Shown: positions 40,612 to 53,100 of the stretch, piece by piece
How positions within the stretch are numbered: the stretch's first letter is position 1
How the letters are laid out: each line of letters starts with the position of its first letter
NCBI GenBank assembly: GCA_950097015.1
Contig: CATNEN010000029.1
Span: 496,001-560,000, forward strand
Length of the DNA: 64,000 bases
Source: Macrostomum hystrix
Taxonomy: Eukaryota > Animalia > Platyhelminthes
Direction of reading: 5' to 3'
Made by a program: the position numbers and the translations under genes
Notes under the pieces: generated by a model
What the model was told of the DNA's origin: nothing
Database searches by the model: none
What the model saw: the letters and a program-made list of their open reading frames with translations, nothing else

Positions 40612-41940
40612 ATATCCCACCAGTTGCCTTCTTTATCCCACCAGTTGCCTTCTTTATCCCACCAATTGCCTTCTTTATCCCACCAGTTGCCATCTTTATC
40701 CCACCAGTTGCCTTCTTTATCCCACCAGTTGCCTTCTTTATCCCACCCGTTTCCTTCTTTATCCCACCAGTTGCCTTCTTTATCCCACCAGTTGCCTTCT
40801 TTATCCCACCAGTTGCCTTCTTTATCCCACCAGTTGCCTTCTTTATCACACCAGTTGCCTTCTTTATCTCACCAGTTGCCTTCTTTATCACACCAGTTGC
40901 CAATTCTTTATCCCACCAGTTGCCTTCTTTATCACACCAGTTGCCTTCTTTATCTCACCAGTTGCCTTCTTTATCCCACCAGTTGCCTTCTTTATCCCAC
41001 CAGTTGCCTTCTTTATCCCACCAGTTGCCTTCTTTATCCCACCAGTTGCCTTCTTTATCCCACCAGTTGCCTTCTTTATCACACCAGTTGCCTTCTTTAT
41101 CACACCAGTTGCCTTCTTTATCTCACCAGTTGCCTTCTTTATCCCACCAGTTGCCTTCTTTATCCCACCAGTTGCCTTCTTTATCACACCCGTTTCCTTC
41201 TTTATCCCACCAGTTGCCTTCTTTATCCCACCCGTTTCCTTCTTTATCCCACCAGTTGCCTGCTTTATCCCACCAGTTGCCTGCTTTATCCCACCAGTTG
41301 CCTTCTTTATACCTTCAGTCTAGTTCCCTTGCTTATCCCACCAGTTGCCTTCTTCATCCCACCAGTTGCCTTCTTTATCCCACCAGTTGCCTTCTTTATC
41401 CCACCAGTTGCCTTCTTTATCACACCAGTTGCCTTCTTTATCACACCAGTTGCCTTCTTTATCTCACCAGTTGCCTTCTTTATCCCACCAGTTGCCTTCT
41501 TTATCCCACCAGTTGCCTTCTTTATCACACCCGTTTCCTTCTTTATCCCACCAGTTGCCTTCTTTATACCTTCAGTCTAGTTCCCTTGCTTATCCCACCA
41601 GTTGCCTTCTTCATCCCACCAGTTGCCTTCTTTATCCCACCAGTTGCCTTCTTTATCCCACCAGTTGCCTTCTTTATCACACCAGTTGCCTTCTTTATCA
41701 CACCAGTTGCCTTCTTTATCTCACCAGTTGCCTTCTTTATCCCACCAGTTGCCTTCTTTATCCCACCAGTTGCCTTCTTTATCACACCCGTTTCCTTCTT
41801 TATCCCACCAGTTGCCTTCTTTATCCCACCCGTTTCCTTCTTTATCCCACCAGTTGCCTGCTTTATCCCACCAGTTGCCTGCTTTATCCCACCAGTTGCC
41901 TTCTTTATACCTTCAGTCTAGTTCCCTTGCTTATCCCACT
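40612..41940. repeat. 21-bp minisatellite (CCCACCAGTTGCCTTCTTTAT)n with triplicated flank
   Basis: About 58 copies. The non-unit segment ACCTTCAGTCTAGTTCCCTTGCTTAT occurs at ~41310, ~41567 and ~41908. Confidence 0.96.
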
Positions 41941-42721
41941 AGTTCCCATCTTGGTCTCATCAATTTGCCTCCCTTCTTCTATTTTCTAGTATCTGGGAAT
42001 AATGAAATTGCATCACCAGTATCATGACAGTTTAATGTTTTGTTTTAGCTAAGTCTTTTTTAATCTTCAACCAAAGAAATTAATAATTTGCGATCATGTG
42101 ATTTCGAAAAACTGAAGTAATGAGAAAAACAGCTTACATTATTTAATTGAGTTTCAGTCAGTCATAACTTCGATGGAAGTCTAGCGATAAAATCCCAGCT
42201 AGCAGTTGAAGGGATTGAGCAGCAGCAACAGGTGCTCCAATCGGTGGTCGTATCTCCGGGGTGTCGTTAGCAATGAAACCACAGTGAAAAGTCTAAGCTT
42301 TTGTGTCCAGTTCACATTCAGCAAAAAATCGTCGTGGTTCTTTCAGTCCGGGCTTTATCATGCAGTGCACAAGATCAGCTAGGGACAGAGAAGTAGGTAC
42401 TTCAGGACGCACAGGAATGCCTAATGACATTTGGTCGCATAGCAACAGCGACTGTGCTGGTCAGCAAAGCAGCATGCCAGCCATGAATTATGCAGCAACA
42501 GATTTTTCTAACGGAGAAGCGACACAGGAATGATAAAAACTGCCTAAGCACACTCAGAGCACACATGACCAGGGCTTGCTTTTAGTAAGGTTTAAACTAA
42601 TTACTGGTCTGCACTTCACACTTTAGATGCAGGGTATTAAAGTAGCAAATCAGGGACTCTAACAGAACTAGCGAAACTTTACCTACTCTTATTTTAGTAA
42701 GCCTCAAATAAGAGGCTTATA

Positions 42722-45700
42722 AGCCGCTAATTTTAGCAAGCCTAGTTCTCAACCCACTTCCGCTAATTTTGGTAAGCCTAGTTCTCAACCCACTTCCGCT
42801 AATTTTAGCAAGCCTAGTTCTCAACCCACTTCCGCTAATTTAAGCAAGCCTAGTTCTCAACCCACTTCCGCTAATTTAAGCAAGCCTAGTTCTCAACCCA
42901 CTTCCGCTAATTTAAGCAAGCCTAGTTCTCAACCCACTTCCGCTAATTTTAGCAAGCCTAGTTCTCAACCCACTTCCGCTAATTTTAGCAAGCCTAGTTC
43001 TCAACCCACTTCCGCTAATTTAAGCAAGCCTAGTTCTCAACCCACTTCCGCTAATTTAAGCAAGCCTAGTTCTCAACCCACTTCCGCTAATTTTAGCAAG
43101 TCTAGTTCTCAACCCACTTCCGCTAATTTTAGCAAGCCTAGTTCTCAACCCACTTCCGCTAATTTAAGCAAGCCTAGTTCTCAACCCACTTCCGCTAATT
43201 TTAGCAAGCCTAGATCTCAACCCACTTCCGCTAATTTTAGCAAGCCTAGTTCTCAACCCACTTCCGCTAATTTTAGCAAGCCTAGATCTCAACCCACTTC
43301 CGCTAATTTTAGCAAGCCTAGTTCTCAACCCACTTCCGCTAATTTAAGCAAGCCTAGTTCTCAACCCACTTCCGCTAATTTAAGCAAGCCTAGTTCTCAA
43401 CCCACTTCCGCTAATTTTAGCAAGCCTAGTTCTCAACCCACTTCCGCTAATTTTAGCAAGCCTAGTTCTCAACCCACTTCCGCTAATTTTAGCAAGCCTA
43501 GTTCTCAACCCACTTCCGCTAATTTTAGCAAGCCTAGTTCTCAACCCACTTCCGCTAATTTAAGCAAGCCTAGTTCTCAACCCACTTCCGCTAATTTAAG
43601 CAAGCCTAGTTCTCAACCCACTTCCGCTAATTTTAGCAAGCCTAGATCTCAACCCACTTCCGCTAATTTTAGCAAGCCTAGTTCTCAATCCACTTCCGCT
43701 AATTTTAGTAAGCCTAGATCTCAACCGACTTCTGCTAATTTTAGCAAGCCTAGTTCTCAACCCACTTCCGCTAATTTTAGCAAGCCTAGTTCTCAACCCA
43801 CTTCCGCTAATTTAAGCAAGCCTAGTTCTCAACCCACTTCCGCTAATTTAAGCAAGCCTAGTTCTCAACCCACTTCCGCTAATTTTAGCAAGCCTAGATC
43901 TCAACCCACTTCCGCTAATTTTAGCAAGCCTAGTTCTCAATCCACTTCCGCTAATTTTAGTAAGCCTAGATCTCAACCCACTTCCGCTAATTTTAGCAAG
44001 CCTAGTTCTCAACCCACTTCCGCTAATTTTACCAAGCCTAGTTCTCAACCCACTTCCGCTAATTTTAGCAAGCCTCATTCTCAACCCACTTCCGCTAATT
44101 TTAGCAAGTCTCATTCTCAACCCACTTCCGCTAATTTTAGCAAGCCTTGTTCTCAACTAACTTCCGCTAATTTTAGCAAGCCTAGATCTCAACCCACTTC
44201 CGCTAATTTTAGCAAGCCTCATTCTCAACCCACTTCCGCTAATTTTAGCAAGTCTCATTCTCAACCCACTTCCGCTAATTTTAGCAAGCCTTGTTCTCAA
44301 CTAACTTCCGCTAATTTTAGCAAGCCTAGTTCTCAACCCACTTCCGCTAATTTTAGCAAGCCTTGTTCTCAACTAACTTCCGCTAATTTTAGCAAGCCTA
44401 GATCTCAACCCACTTCCACTAATTTTAGCAAGCCTAGTTCTCAACCCACTTCCGCTAATTTTAGCAAGCCTAGTTCTCAATCCACTTCCGCTAATTTTAG
44501 CAAGCCTAGTTCTCAACCCACTTCCGCTAATTTTAGCAAGCCTAGTTCTCAACCCACTTCCGCTAATTTTAGCAAGCCTAGTTCTCAACCCACTTCCGCT
44601 AATTTTAGCAAGCCTAGTTCTCAACCCACTTCCGCTAATTTAAGCAAGCCTAGTTCTCAACCCACTTCCGCTAATTTTAGCAAGCCTAGATCTCAACCCA
44701 CTTCCGCTAATTTTAGCAAGCCTAGTTCTCAACCCACTTCCGCTAATTTAAGCAAGCCTAGTTCTCAACCCACTTCCGCTAATTTTAGCAAGCCTAGATC
44801 TCAACCCACTTCCGCTAATTTTAGCAAGCCTAGTTCTCAACCCACTTCCGCTAATTTTAGCAAGCCTAGTTCTCAATCCACTTCCGCTAATTTTAGCAAG
44901 CCTAGTTCTCAACCCACTTCCGCTAATTTTAGCAAGCCTAGTTCTCAACCCACTTCCGCTAATTTTAGCAAGCCTAGTTCTCAACCCACTTCCGCTAATT
45001 TTAGCAAGCCTAGTTCTCAACCCACTTCCGCTAATTTTAGCAAGCCTAGTTCTCAACCCACTTCCGCTAATTTTAGCAAGCCTAGTTCTCAACCCACTTC
45101 CGCTAATTTTAGTAAGCCTAGATCTCAACCCACTTCCGCTAATTTTAGTAAGCCTAGTTCTCAACCCACTTCCGCTAATTTTAGCAAGCCTAGTTCTCAA
45201 CCCACTTCCGCTAATTTTAGCAAGCCTAGATCTCAACCCACTTCCGCTAATTTTAGTAAGCCTAGATCTCAACCCACTTCCGCTAATTTTAGTAAGCCTA
45301 GATCTCAACCCACTTCCGCTAATTTTAGCAAGCCTAGTTCTCAACCCACTTCCGCTAATTTTAGTAAGCCTAGATCTCAACCCACTTCCGCTAATTTTAG
45401 TAAGCCTAGATCTCAACCCACTTCCGCTAATTTTAGTAAGCCTAGATCTCAACCCACTTCCGCTAATTTTAGTAAGCCTAGATCTCAACCCACTTCCGCT
45501 AATTTTAGCAAGCCTAGTTCTCAACCCACTTCCGCTAATTTTAGCAAGCCTAGTTCTCAATCCACTTCCGCTAATTTTAGCAAGCCTAGATCTCAACCCA
45601 CTTTCGCTAATTTTAGCAAGCCTAGTTCTCAACCCACTTCCGCTAATTTTAGCAAGCCTAGTTCTCAATCCACTTCCGCTAATTTTAGCAAGCCTAGTTC

Positions 45701-46198
45701 TCAATCCACTTCCGCTAATTTTAGTAAGCCTAGATCTCAACCCACTTCCGCTAATTTTAGTAAGCCTAGATCTCAACCCACTTCCGCTAATTTTAGCAAG
45801 CCTAGTTCTCAACCCACTTCCGCTAATTTTAGTAAGCCTAGATCTCAACCCACTTCCGCTAACTTTAGTAAGCCTAGTTCTCAACCCACTTCCGCTAACT
45901 TTAGTAAGCCTAGTTCTCAACCCACTTCCGCTAACTTTAGTAAGCCTAGTTCTCAACCCACTTCCGCTAACTTTAGTAAGCCTAGTTCTCAACCCACTTC
46001 CGCTAATTTTAGTAAGCCTAGATCTCAACCCACTTCCGCTAACTTTAGTAAGCCTAGTTCTCAACCCACTTCCGCTAACTTTAGTAAGCCTAGTTCTCAA
46101 CCCACTTCCGCTAACTTTAGTAAGCCTTGTTCTCAACCCACTTCCGCTAATTTTAGCAAGCCTAGTTCTCAACCCACTTCCGCTAATTTTAGTAAGCC
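42722..46198. repeat. 36-bp minisatellite (CTTCCGCTAATTTTAGCAAGCCTAGTTCTCAACCCA)n, ~96 copies
   Basis: Highly homogeneous, with variants clustered by region. Confidence 0.98.
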
Positions 46199-46626
46199 CC
46201 GTCATAGCTCAAAAGGCCTTAAAATAAAGGCAGAGGTAGAGAAAAATACAATTTTAGTTTTGTTGATGAGGCAATGAATTGCATAACAGATGCTGTAACC
46301 ATCCGCTGTGCATTCAAACTGGAAACTGGGAAATTCTTACGGCCGAATAAATTTATTTAGAAGTGCAAGAAACACTGCGTATGTATGTATTTTGAAAAAT
46401 AGCAAATCAAATATAGACAGGGTTAGGATAAGTGTTGCCAGGGGTATCTTATAACTGGCAAGGTGGAGACAACATAAAGAGTCAAACAGATAGCAATGTT
46501 TTTAAGTTCTATTTATCAAGTGGATGGTATTAACTTCACACACAAAAATCGAGAGATATGTGCTACTCTACCCTTTCATGCAGTAGTTTGTAGTGTAAAA
46601 AATATTTTTTGTAATTAAAAAAGTAT

Positions 46627-46895
46627 GCTGTTGTAGCCTTGAGGTTAGAGCGGCGGACTCAGGACTTGTAGGTCGGGGGTTCGATTCCTGACTCCACTGA
46701 AACAATTTGTGTCCTTTAGCAAGACACTTAACTCTGCATTGCTTCAGTTCACCCAGCTGTTAAATGGGTAACAGAATTTGCTGGGATAATTAAAGGTGGG
46801 TGTGGCGTCCCCCCAGTCCATGGACTGAACAGCCGTGCTGTCGGCTGCATATCTGGCCCAATGGGGCAGGTGTGATAATTAATTATTATTATTAT
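46627..46895 (+). mobile_element. tRNA-headed CORE-SINE with (ATT)n tail
   Basis: A-box TAGCCTTGAGGTTAGAGC, B-box GGTTCGATTCC, and TGTGTCCTTTAGCAAGACACTTAACTCTGCATTGCTTCAGTTCACCCAGCTGTTAAATGGGTA, which matches the MIR-type CORE pattern. Ends AATTATTATTATTAT. Confidence 0.85.
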
Positions 46896-47859
46896 CAAAT
46901 TATTGCAGTGTAAATATAATTATTGCACATAAAACAACAACAAAAAACCTAGTGCTATGAATATGAAAAATAATTACTCAAAACTGACTTAATGAACTAA
47001 CGAGATCGCATTAAAAAAAGCGCGATAAGCAGCTATTGCCAAGCAATTATATACACATATTGCACTACTGATTACAACAAACTAAGTAGTGCATATCGCT
47101 TTCGAGTATTATATAGCAAAAAGGTAGCCAAAAAAGACAATATTGGTATAATCACCCAACATTAAGCTGCTGATGAAACAGGAAAAAATGCTTTGGAAAC
47201 AGAAAAATGATTAAAAACACTTGATTGACTGTCGAAGCGGTGAAGGCAGATGATAAAAATTTTTTCCTTTAGAAGAACGAGCCCTATTCGTTAACAATAA
47301 CGTCATTTAATCCACTTAGTTACAGTCTGTCTGACTAGAAGAAAAATGTAACATTTAAAAAACTGATTGCAGAATAATAGACTGCTTGATTGCTTTAATA
47401 TTTATAACTAATAAAGCATTATCTAAGTAAATAGGCATGCAGGTATAAAGCCAATCGATGGGAGTATTCAAAACAAGCTGCATAAATAATAATACTAGAT
47501 TAACAAGAGCTATTCGCTTTATTAAAATAATATCGTGCTATGCGCGAAAGAGGCAAAACTGATCAAGTCTATTGTTGTTGTTGTTGTTTAAAACTTGCAC
47601 TGATAATAAAATACGTTGATTAAGGAACAAATCACAAGCTTTCACAATCTGGTAATATACATTACAAATCTACTCTGTTTGAATTATCATAGATTTGGAA
47701 AATTTTCATTGCATAAAAATGTAGGCAATAAAGTACGACAGGTAAAAAAAAACAATAAATTAATTAAGCTTAATAACTCAATGCGGCGAACAAAAAAAGA
47801 TAATTACAAAAACCAAGTAACATCAACTTTGTCTGAATACATTTTTCACATCATTCAGT

Positions 47860-47990
47860 CTAATTTTAGCTAACCTTCGGTGACGTCATCCTAATCTATT
47901 TTTAGCTATCACTTAGTGACGTCAACCTAATCTATTTTTAGCTAACTGTCACTGACGTCATACTGATCTATTTTAGCTGACCTTCACTGC
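47860..47990. repeat. Three-copy 36-bp proto-repeat, each copy containing TGACGTCA
   Basis: TGACGTCA at 47881, 47917 and 47953 (exact period 36), downstream of the prominin stop. Confidence 0.8.
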
Positions 47991-48215
47991 CTTCTTTCTG
48001 GTCTATCTATTTATTAGCTTCATTTGCTTACCAATTCATTTACATATTCTGCATTTCTGGTGATTACAACACATGACTTGTATGCTATGAACCAACAACT
48101 GGCCTTAAAAAACACGAGAAAATTACGTGATTGCTTAATAAAGCATAAACAAAGACTTATAAACATAAATTCGTACCCATTCTCATTACTCTTAACTCTA
48201 TAAAATAAGTCAACT

Positions 48216-50126
48216 TTAATAGTCATATGCCTCTAAAGCGTAGGGTGGCAGTTGGCTATAGCGCTGCTGCTGTGGCAAATGCTGATGCGGATTCTGCTGC
48301 TGTTGTTGCATATGCTGCAGTTGCAACTGTTGCATTTGCAACTGCTGACAGCGCCTATTAGAGCTGGCTACAGCGACTGCGGCCGCCTCTGAATCGCGAG
48401 GATGAGCCAGAGCCTGCTGCTGCTGCTGATTCTGTAGCCGCCTGCCGCCTCCGCCGCCCCTAGACGCCCGTTCGGCGCGGGACTTTCCTCCTCCTGTGAT
48501 TTGCGCGAGTGCGTGAGAAAAGAGTTCATTGCTATGGACTAAGTATCTTATGTAACGTAGTAGTAACGAATCTGTGAAATTCTCGAAATTCTGTGAATTC
48601 CTCGATTTCTACGCCCTATAATATTGAAGTTAGGACAGTTGCATCGTTAAACATAACAATATTTGAAGCTAAATAGACAACAAAGCTGCACTGACGCACA
48701 GTTGAATGACTTCGAAAGTTACGGGTAAAAGTGGCACTAAATCTACCAGTAAGTGCATTCGGTGCAGCCGGATAAAACAATGGGTCTATTTATGCCCCTG
48801 CCAACTGCTCAGAAAATAAAATCTAATAGTTTCAAGTTTCATTACCTAACGCAAGCGATAGTTCTACAGTATGACGTCTGATTACATTAAGCGACATTCA
48901 AGCACTGACGAGCAAATTGCAAAAACTTCGATTTTTTAATAAAACCTTTAAAAAAAACCATGCGAAAAACACATACAATTACGAGTACTAATTATTATCT
49001 ACTATTACCTTACTTCCGCTAATTTTAGCAAGCCTAGGGTAGTGCTCACCTCACTTCCGCTAATTTGGATAGTGCTCACCTCACTTCCGCTAATTTGGGT
49101 AGCGCTCACCCCACTTCCGCTTATTTGGGTAGTGCTCACCTCACTTCCGCTAATTTGGGTAGTGCTCACCTCACTTCCGCTTATTTGGGTAGTGCTCACC
49201 TCACTTCCGCTAATTTGGGTAGTGCTCACCTCACTTCCGCTAATTTGGGTAGTGCTCACCCCACTTCCGCTAATTTGGGTAGTGCTCACCTCACTTCCGC
49301 TAATTTGGGTAGTGCTCACCTCACTTCCGCTTATTTGGGTAGTGCTCACCTCACTTCCGCTAATTTGGGTAGTGCTCACCTCACTTCCGCTAATTTGGGT
49401 AGTGCTCACCCCACTTCCGCTAATTTGGGTAGTGCTCAACTCACTTCCGCTTATTTGGGTAGTGCCCACCTCACTTCCGCTTATTTGGGTAGTGCTCCTT
49501 CTCAGCTGAAATTCCCTATGTTGGCTACTCCCTGTTTAAAGTGCTTGAGGTAAAAACAAAGTTATTTAGTCTAGAGGAAAAATTGGCAACCCAGAAAATT
49601 TCCAAGAACACAACCATAGAGGAAAAAGCTAACTAAAATAACTTACAAGAGCTGAGCTATGCAGGCCAAAGGGCTTAGCCAAATAAAATAGCTTTTCTGG
49701 AGTATATTGTACTAAAGTTCTCGAAGTAATGTAGATCTTGGTGAATTCAGTCAATTTCTCTATTTTCTAACTGTGGACGTATTGTGATAAACCCATATAG
49801 GACTCTAAATTCAAAGGCCGAAACAGTGGCCCAAGTGAAGCATAAAAAAGGAATGAGATCGATATAAAACATTCAGAAGAACAGTTAGAAGAAAAAGCGA
49901 TTACAGCCACGTGCGACATTAAATTGTTCATGAAACTTGATTATATTATAATTAATATGCGCACGATGACTACTGTTAGTAGGCGTCAGGAAAATGCTCG
50001 AATCTTGTGATTTTAAATTCTAGAGCGATTCAAGACGTACCTTTGGCGGAAGCGGTCGCTTTGCCTCGCCTATGCCGCCTGCGGTTATGACGATTTTTGT
50101 TTAGTTTTGTCAGCTTTAAAAAAATA

Positions 50127-50158
<32 letters not shown>

Positions 50159-53100
50159 AGTCAGTCAGTCAGTCAGTCATGCCAGGGGTCAGAGATAGAA
50201 TAGATAACCTGCCGTATGCGCTTACAACATTGAAGCACTGTTTCTCGGAAAGCAATGCTTTGATTGCCCAGAAAAAGAATCGGCATAGAAGGCGGAATCC
50301 AGAACTGAGAGGCAAAGATTGCTATTTAAATTCCGGAGCCGTTAATAAAGAATGTCAAGCCATGCGAAAATTGTAGGGCGGGCGACGGAGGTATAAAAGT
50401 ACATCGGCAAACTGCAGCTAGAGCCACAATTGGCATGTGGATTCATAACTCACCCGTCCAGAGGTACCGTGTCACTCGGGCAGAATCCCTGGTAGGTCAT
50501 GTAGTCCCTGCGGGAACAAATAGGAGTACAGGGAATATTTAATTTAATTTATCGAGATGACAAATAATCCTTCCCATCAAGTTATCCTATTTTATCCCAT
50601 CAATTTATCCCAATTTATCCCATTTTATCGCATCAAGCTATCCCATTTTATACCATCAAGTTATCACATCCTATCCCATCAAGTTATCACATCCTATCCC
50701 ATCAAGTTATCACATCCTATCCCATCAAATTATCCCATCGAATCCCATTAAGTTATTCAATCCCATCCCATCAAGTTATCCAATCCCACCCCATCAAATT
50801 ATCCCATCGAATCCCATTAAGTTATCCAATCCCACCCCATCAAGTTATCCAATCCCACCCCATCAAGTTATCCAATCCCACCCCATCAAGTTATCCAATC
50901 CCACCCCATCAAGTTATCCAATCCCACCCCATCAAGTTATCCAATCCCACCCCATCAAGTTATCCAATCCCACCCCATCAAGTTATCCAATCCCACCCCA
51001 TCAAGTTATCCAATCCCACCCCATCAAGTTATCCAATCCCACCCCATCAAGTTATCCAATCCCACCCCATCAAGTTATCCAATCCCACCCCATCAAGTTA
51101 TCCAATCCCACCCCATCAAGTTATCCAATCCCACCCCATCAAGTTATCCAATCCCACCCCATCAAGTTATCCAATCCCACCCCATCAAGTTATCCAATCC
51201 CACCCCATCAAGTTATCCAATCCCACCCCATCAAGTTATCCCATCCTTTACGATCCCGTCAAGTTATTCCATCCTATCCCATCAAGCTATCTCATCCACT
51301 CATTATGAGTTAGTTATCCCACCGAATCTCATCAAGTTATCCCATACTATCCAATAAAGGTATCCCATCCCATCCCATCCCATTCTATCCCTTTAAGTTA
51401 TCCCATCCCATCAAATCATCCCATCCTATCCGATCACGATATCTAATCCACTCGTTATCAGTGACTTAACCTATCCATTTGTTTCCAAATATATATTCCA
51501 GACATTCCTTCCCTTTGCGTGATCACGTCCAATTTAATCAGCTTCTTCCCAATTAGAAATTCCATCACATTGACACTGAAAGTTCTTATCTAATCCATTA
51601 TTCCCTTAACAGTAGAAAGAGCAAAGGGGTATTTCAAATACGAACTAACTTTCAAAAAGGTCTAAGTCGGAGATCTATTTTAATCCTCAATCTTATCCAC
51701 AAACAATCCTACACGTGTTTTAGTAACTTCCCTCCCCCCCTAAAAAACAGAAAAATACTGTGCTCACGGTTCCTCATAGTTGCGCTCATACTTGCTGCTC
51801 TTGCGGTAGAGATTAACCAGCTTCAGGCTGAACAGCAGACAGGCCGGCAGGCAGATCAGGAACAGGCCCAAGCCGGCCCAGAAGCCGTTGAATGGTCGCA
51901 GGGCGGAGCGGCAGGGTGCGCGGGCGGCGCTATTTAAACCGGCGCTAATCGCCACACAATCGGCTGCGTCGGAGAGGACGCTGGCGACGGAGGCGGCGAG
52001 GCCTGCGGAGAGGCTGGCTGACAGATTATCGCCTGTACCGGCAGCGATGGCATAGGTGATGGCCTCGGACTTTTGAGATTCGGCTCGCTCCAACTGCTGG
52101 GCAAGTCGGCTGCCGCCGCGGCTGTCGACCGGGCCGACCATTTGAACCAAGCGACTGCGAGCGTCGGCTAATTGTTGAACTCGACGGCTCTGATTGGCTA
52201 GACGTTCTAGAGCGCGTTTCAAAGTGCTGTCGAGATTGTCGACAATGCGAGACCAGGCCTGGTGGTCGGCTAGATTGGCAGCCGCTGCCATCGAAACCCG
52301 GTGCAGAGCGGCCATAGCAGCGCCGTCCGGGTCGCCGTGTAGTACAGCGCCAGATGACACGGATGACGAAGGAATAGTGAGAGCGGCGGAGCAGGCGGCG
52401 AAGTCGATGCTGTTATCGGCGGCGGCGGCGGCGGCAGCAGCCAGCTCGGTGAGGTTCGGCTGAAGTCGAAGTCCGGAAACCAGGTCATTGCGCTGGTCAT
52501 TCAGAAGCTGGACGGAGCGATTGGTGAGGCGACGATAAGCAAAGTCCGGAAGCGTGCCTTCCAGCAGGGCCGTCAGGTTCAACGCGCCGGCGAGGCCTGG
52601 TCGGACAGCGGCGTCGCTGCCAGTGGATCGACAGTCGCCGAGCAGAGCCTCAAACGGGGCTCCGTTTTCGCGCACTCGATCAGCCCGAAAGCGGACAGTG
52701 TAGAGGTTTGCGGCGGCGTCGAGAGCGCGATAGCCAGCTGGGCCAGCGCGGCCAGTCAGGTAGCGACAGAGCTCCGTGTCTGCGGACAATTAAGACAAGG
52801 TAGGCGATTAGGATAGATAGTCAGTGTTAGACTAGCTGTTACAAGTCAGTGTTAGACAATTTGTTTCAAGACAGTATAAGAAATTGAGTCGCCGTCTTGT
52901 TTTTACACAGTCACCTTGTTAGACAAAGTGTTGTCAGTGTTAGACAAAGTGTTGTCAGTGTTAGACAATGTGTTGTCAGTGTTAGACAATGTGTTGTCAG
53001 TGTTAGACAAAGTGTTGTCAGTGTTAGACAAAGTGTTGTCAGTGTTAGACAAAGTGTTGTCAGTGTTAGACAATGTTAGATAATGTTAGAAACAGGCTCC

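Noticed and set aside
40612-41940. CRISPR-like repeat/spacer arrangement
   Set aside because: Units are directly abutting, the only interruptions are identical to each other, the context is eukaryotic and there are no cas genes. The same applies to all other arrays.
40541-46205. Repetitive ORFs such as (IKKATGG)n and (SGSGLRTRLAKI)n, up to 485 aa
   Set aside because: Unit lengths are divisible by 3 (21 and 36 bp); no flanking coding context.
23294-46700. tRNA genes at 23.3, 27.3 and 46.6 kb (and 6.6 kb)
   Set aside because: A/B boxes are present but there is no acceptor-stem pairing, and they continue into SINE bodies.
49005-49469. Mucin-like (STTQISGSEV)n coding exon of prominin
   Set aside because: Entry and exit phases (0 and 2) do not fit flanking exons (1 and 1); kept only as a possible poison exon.
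49645-50398. Helentron-associated (HINE/pearl-like) element suggested by ACAAGAGC, (CAGT)n and GGAGGTATAAAA
   Set aside because: No subterminal inverted repeat found, and a phase-essential prominin exon (50041-50078) lies inside the interval.
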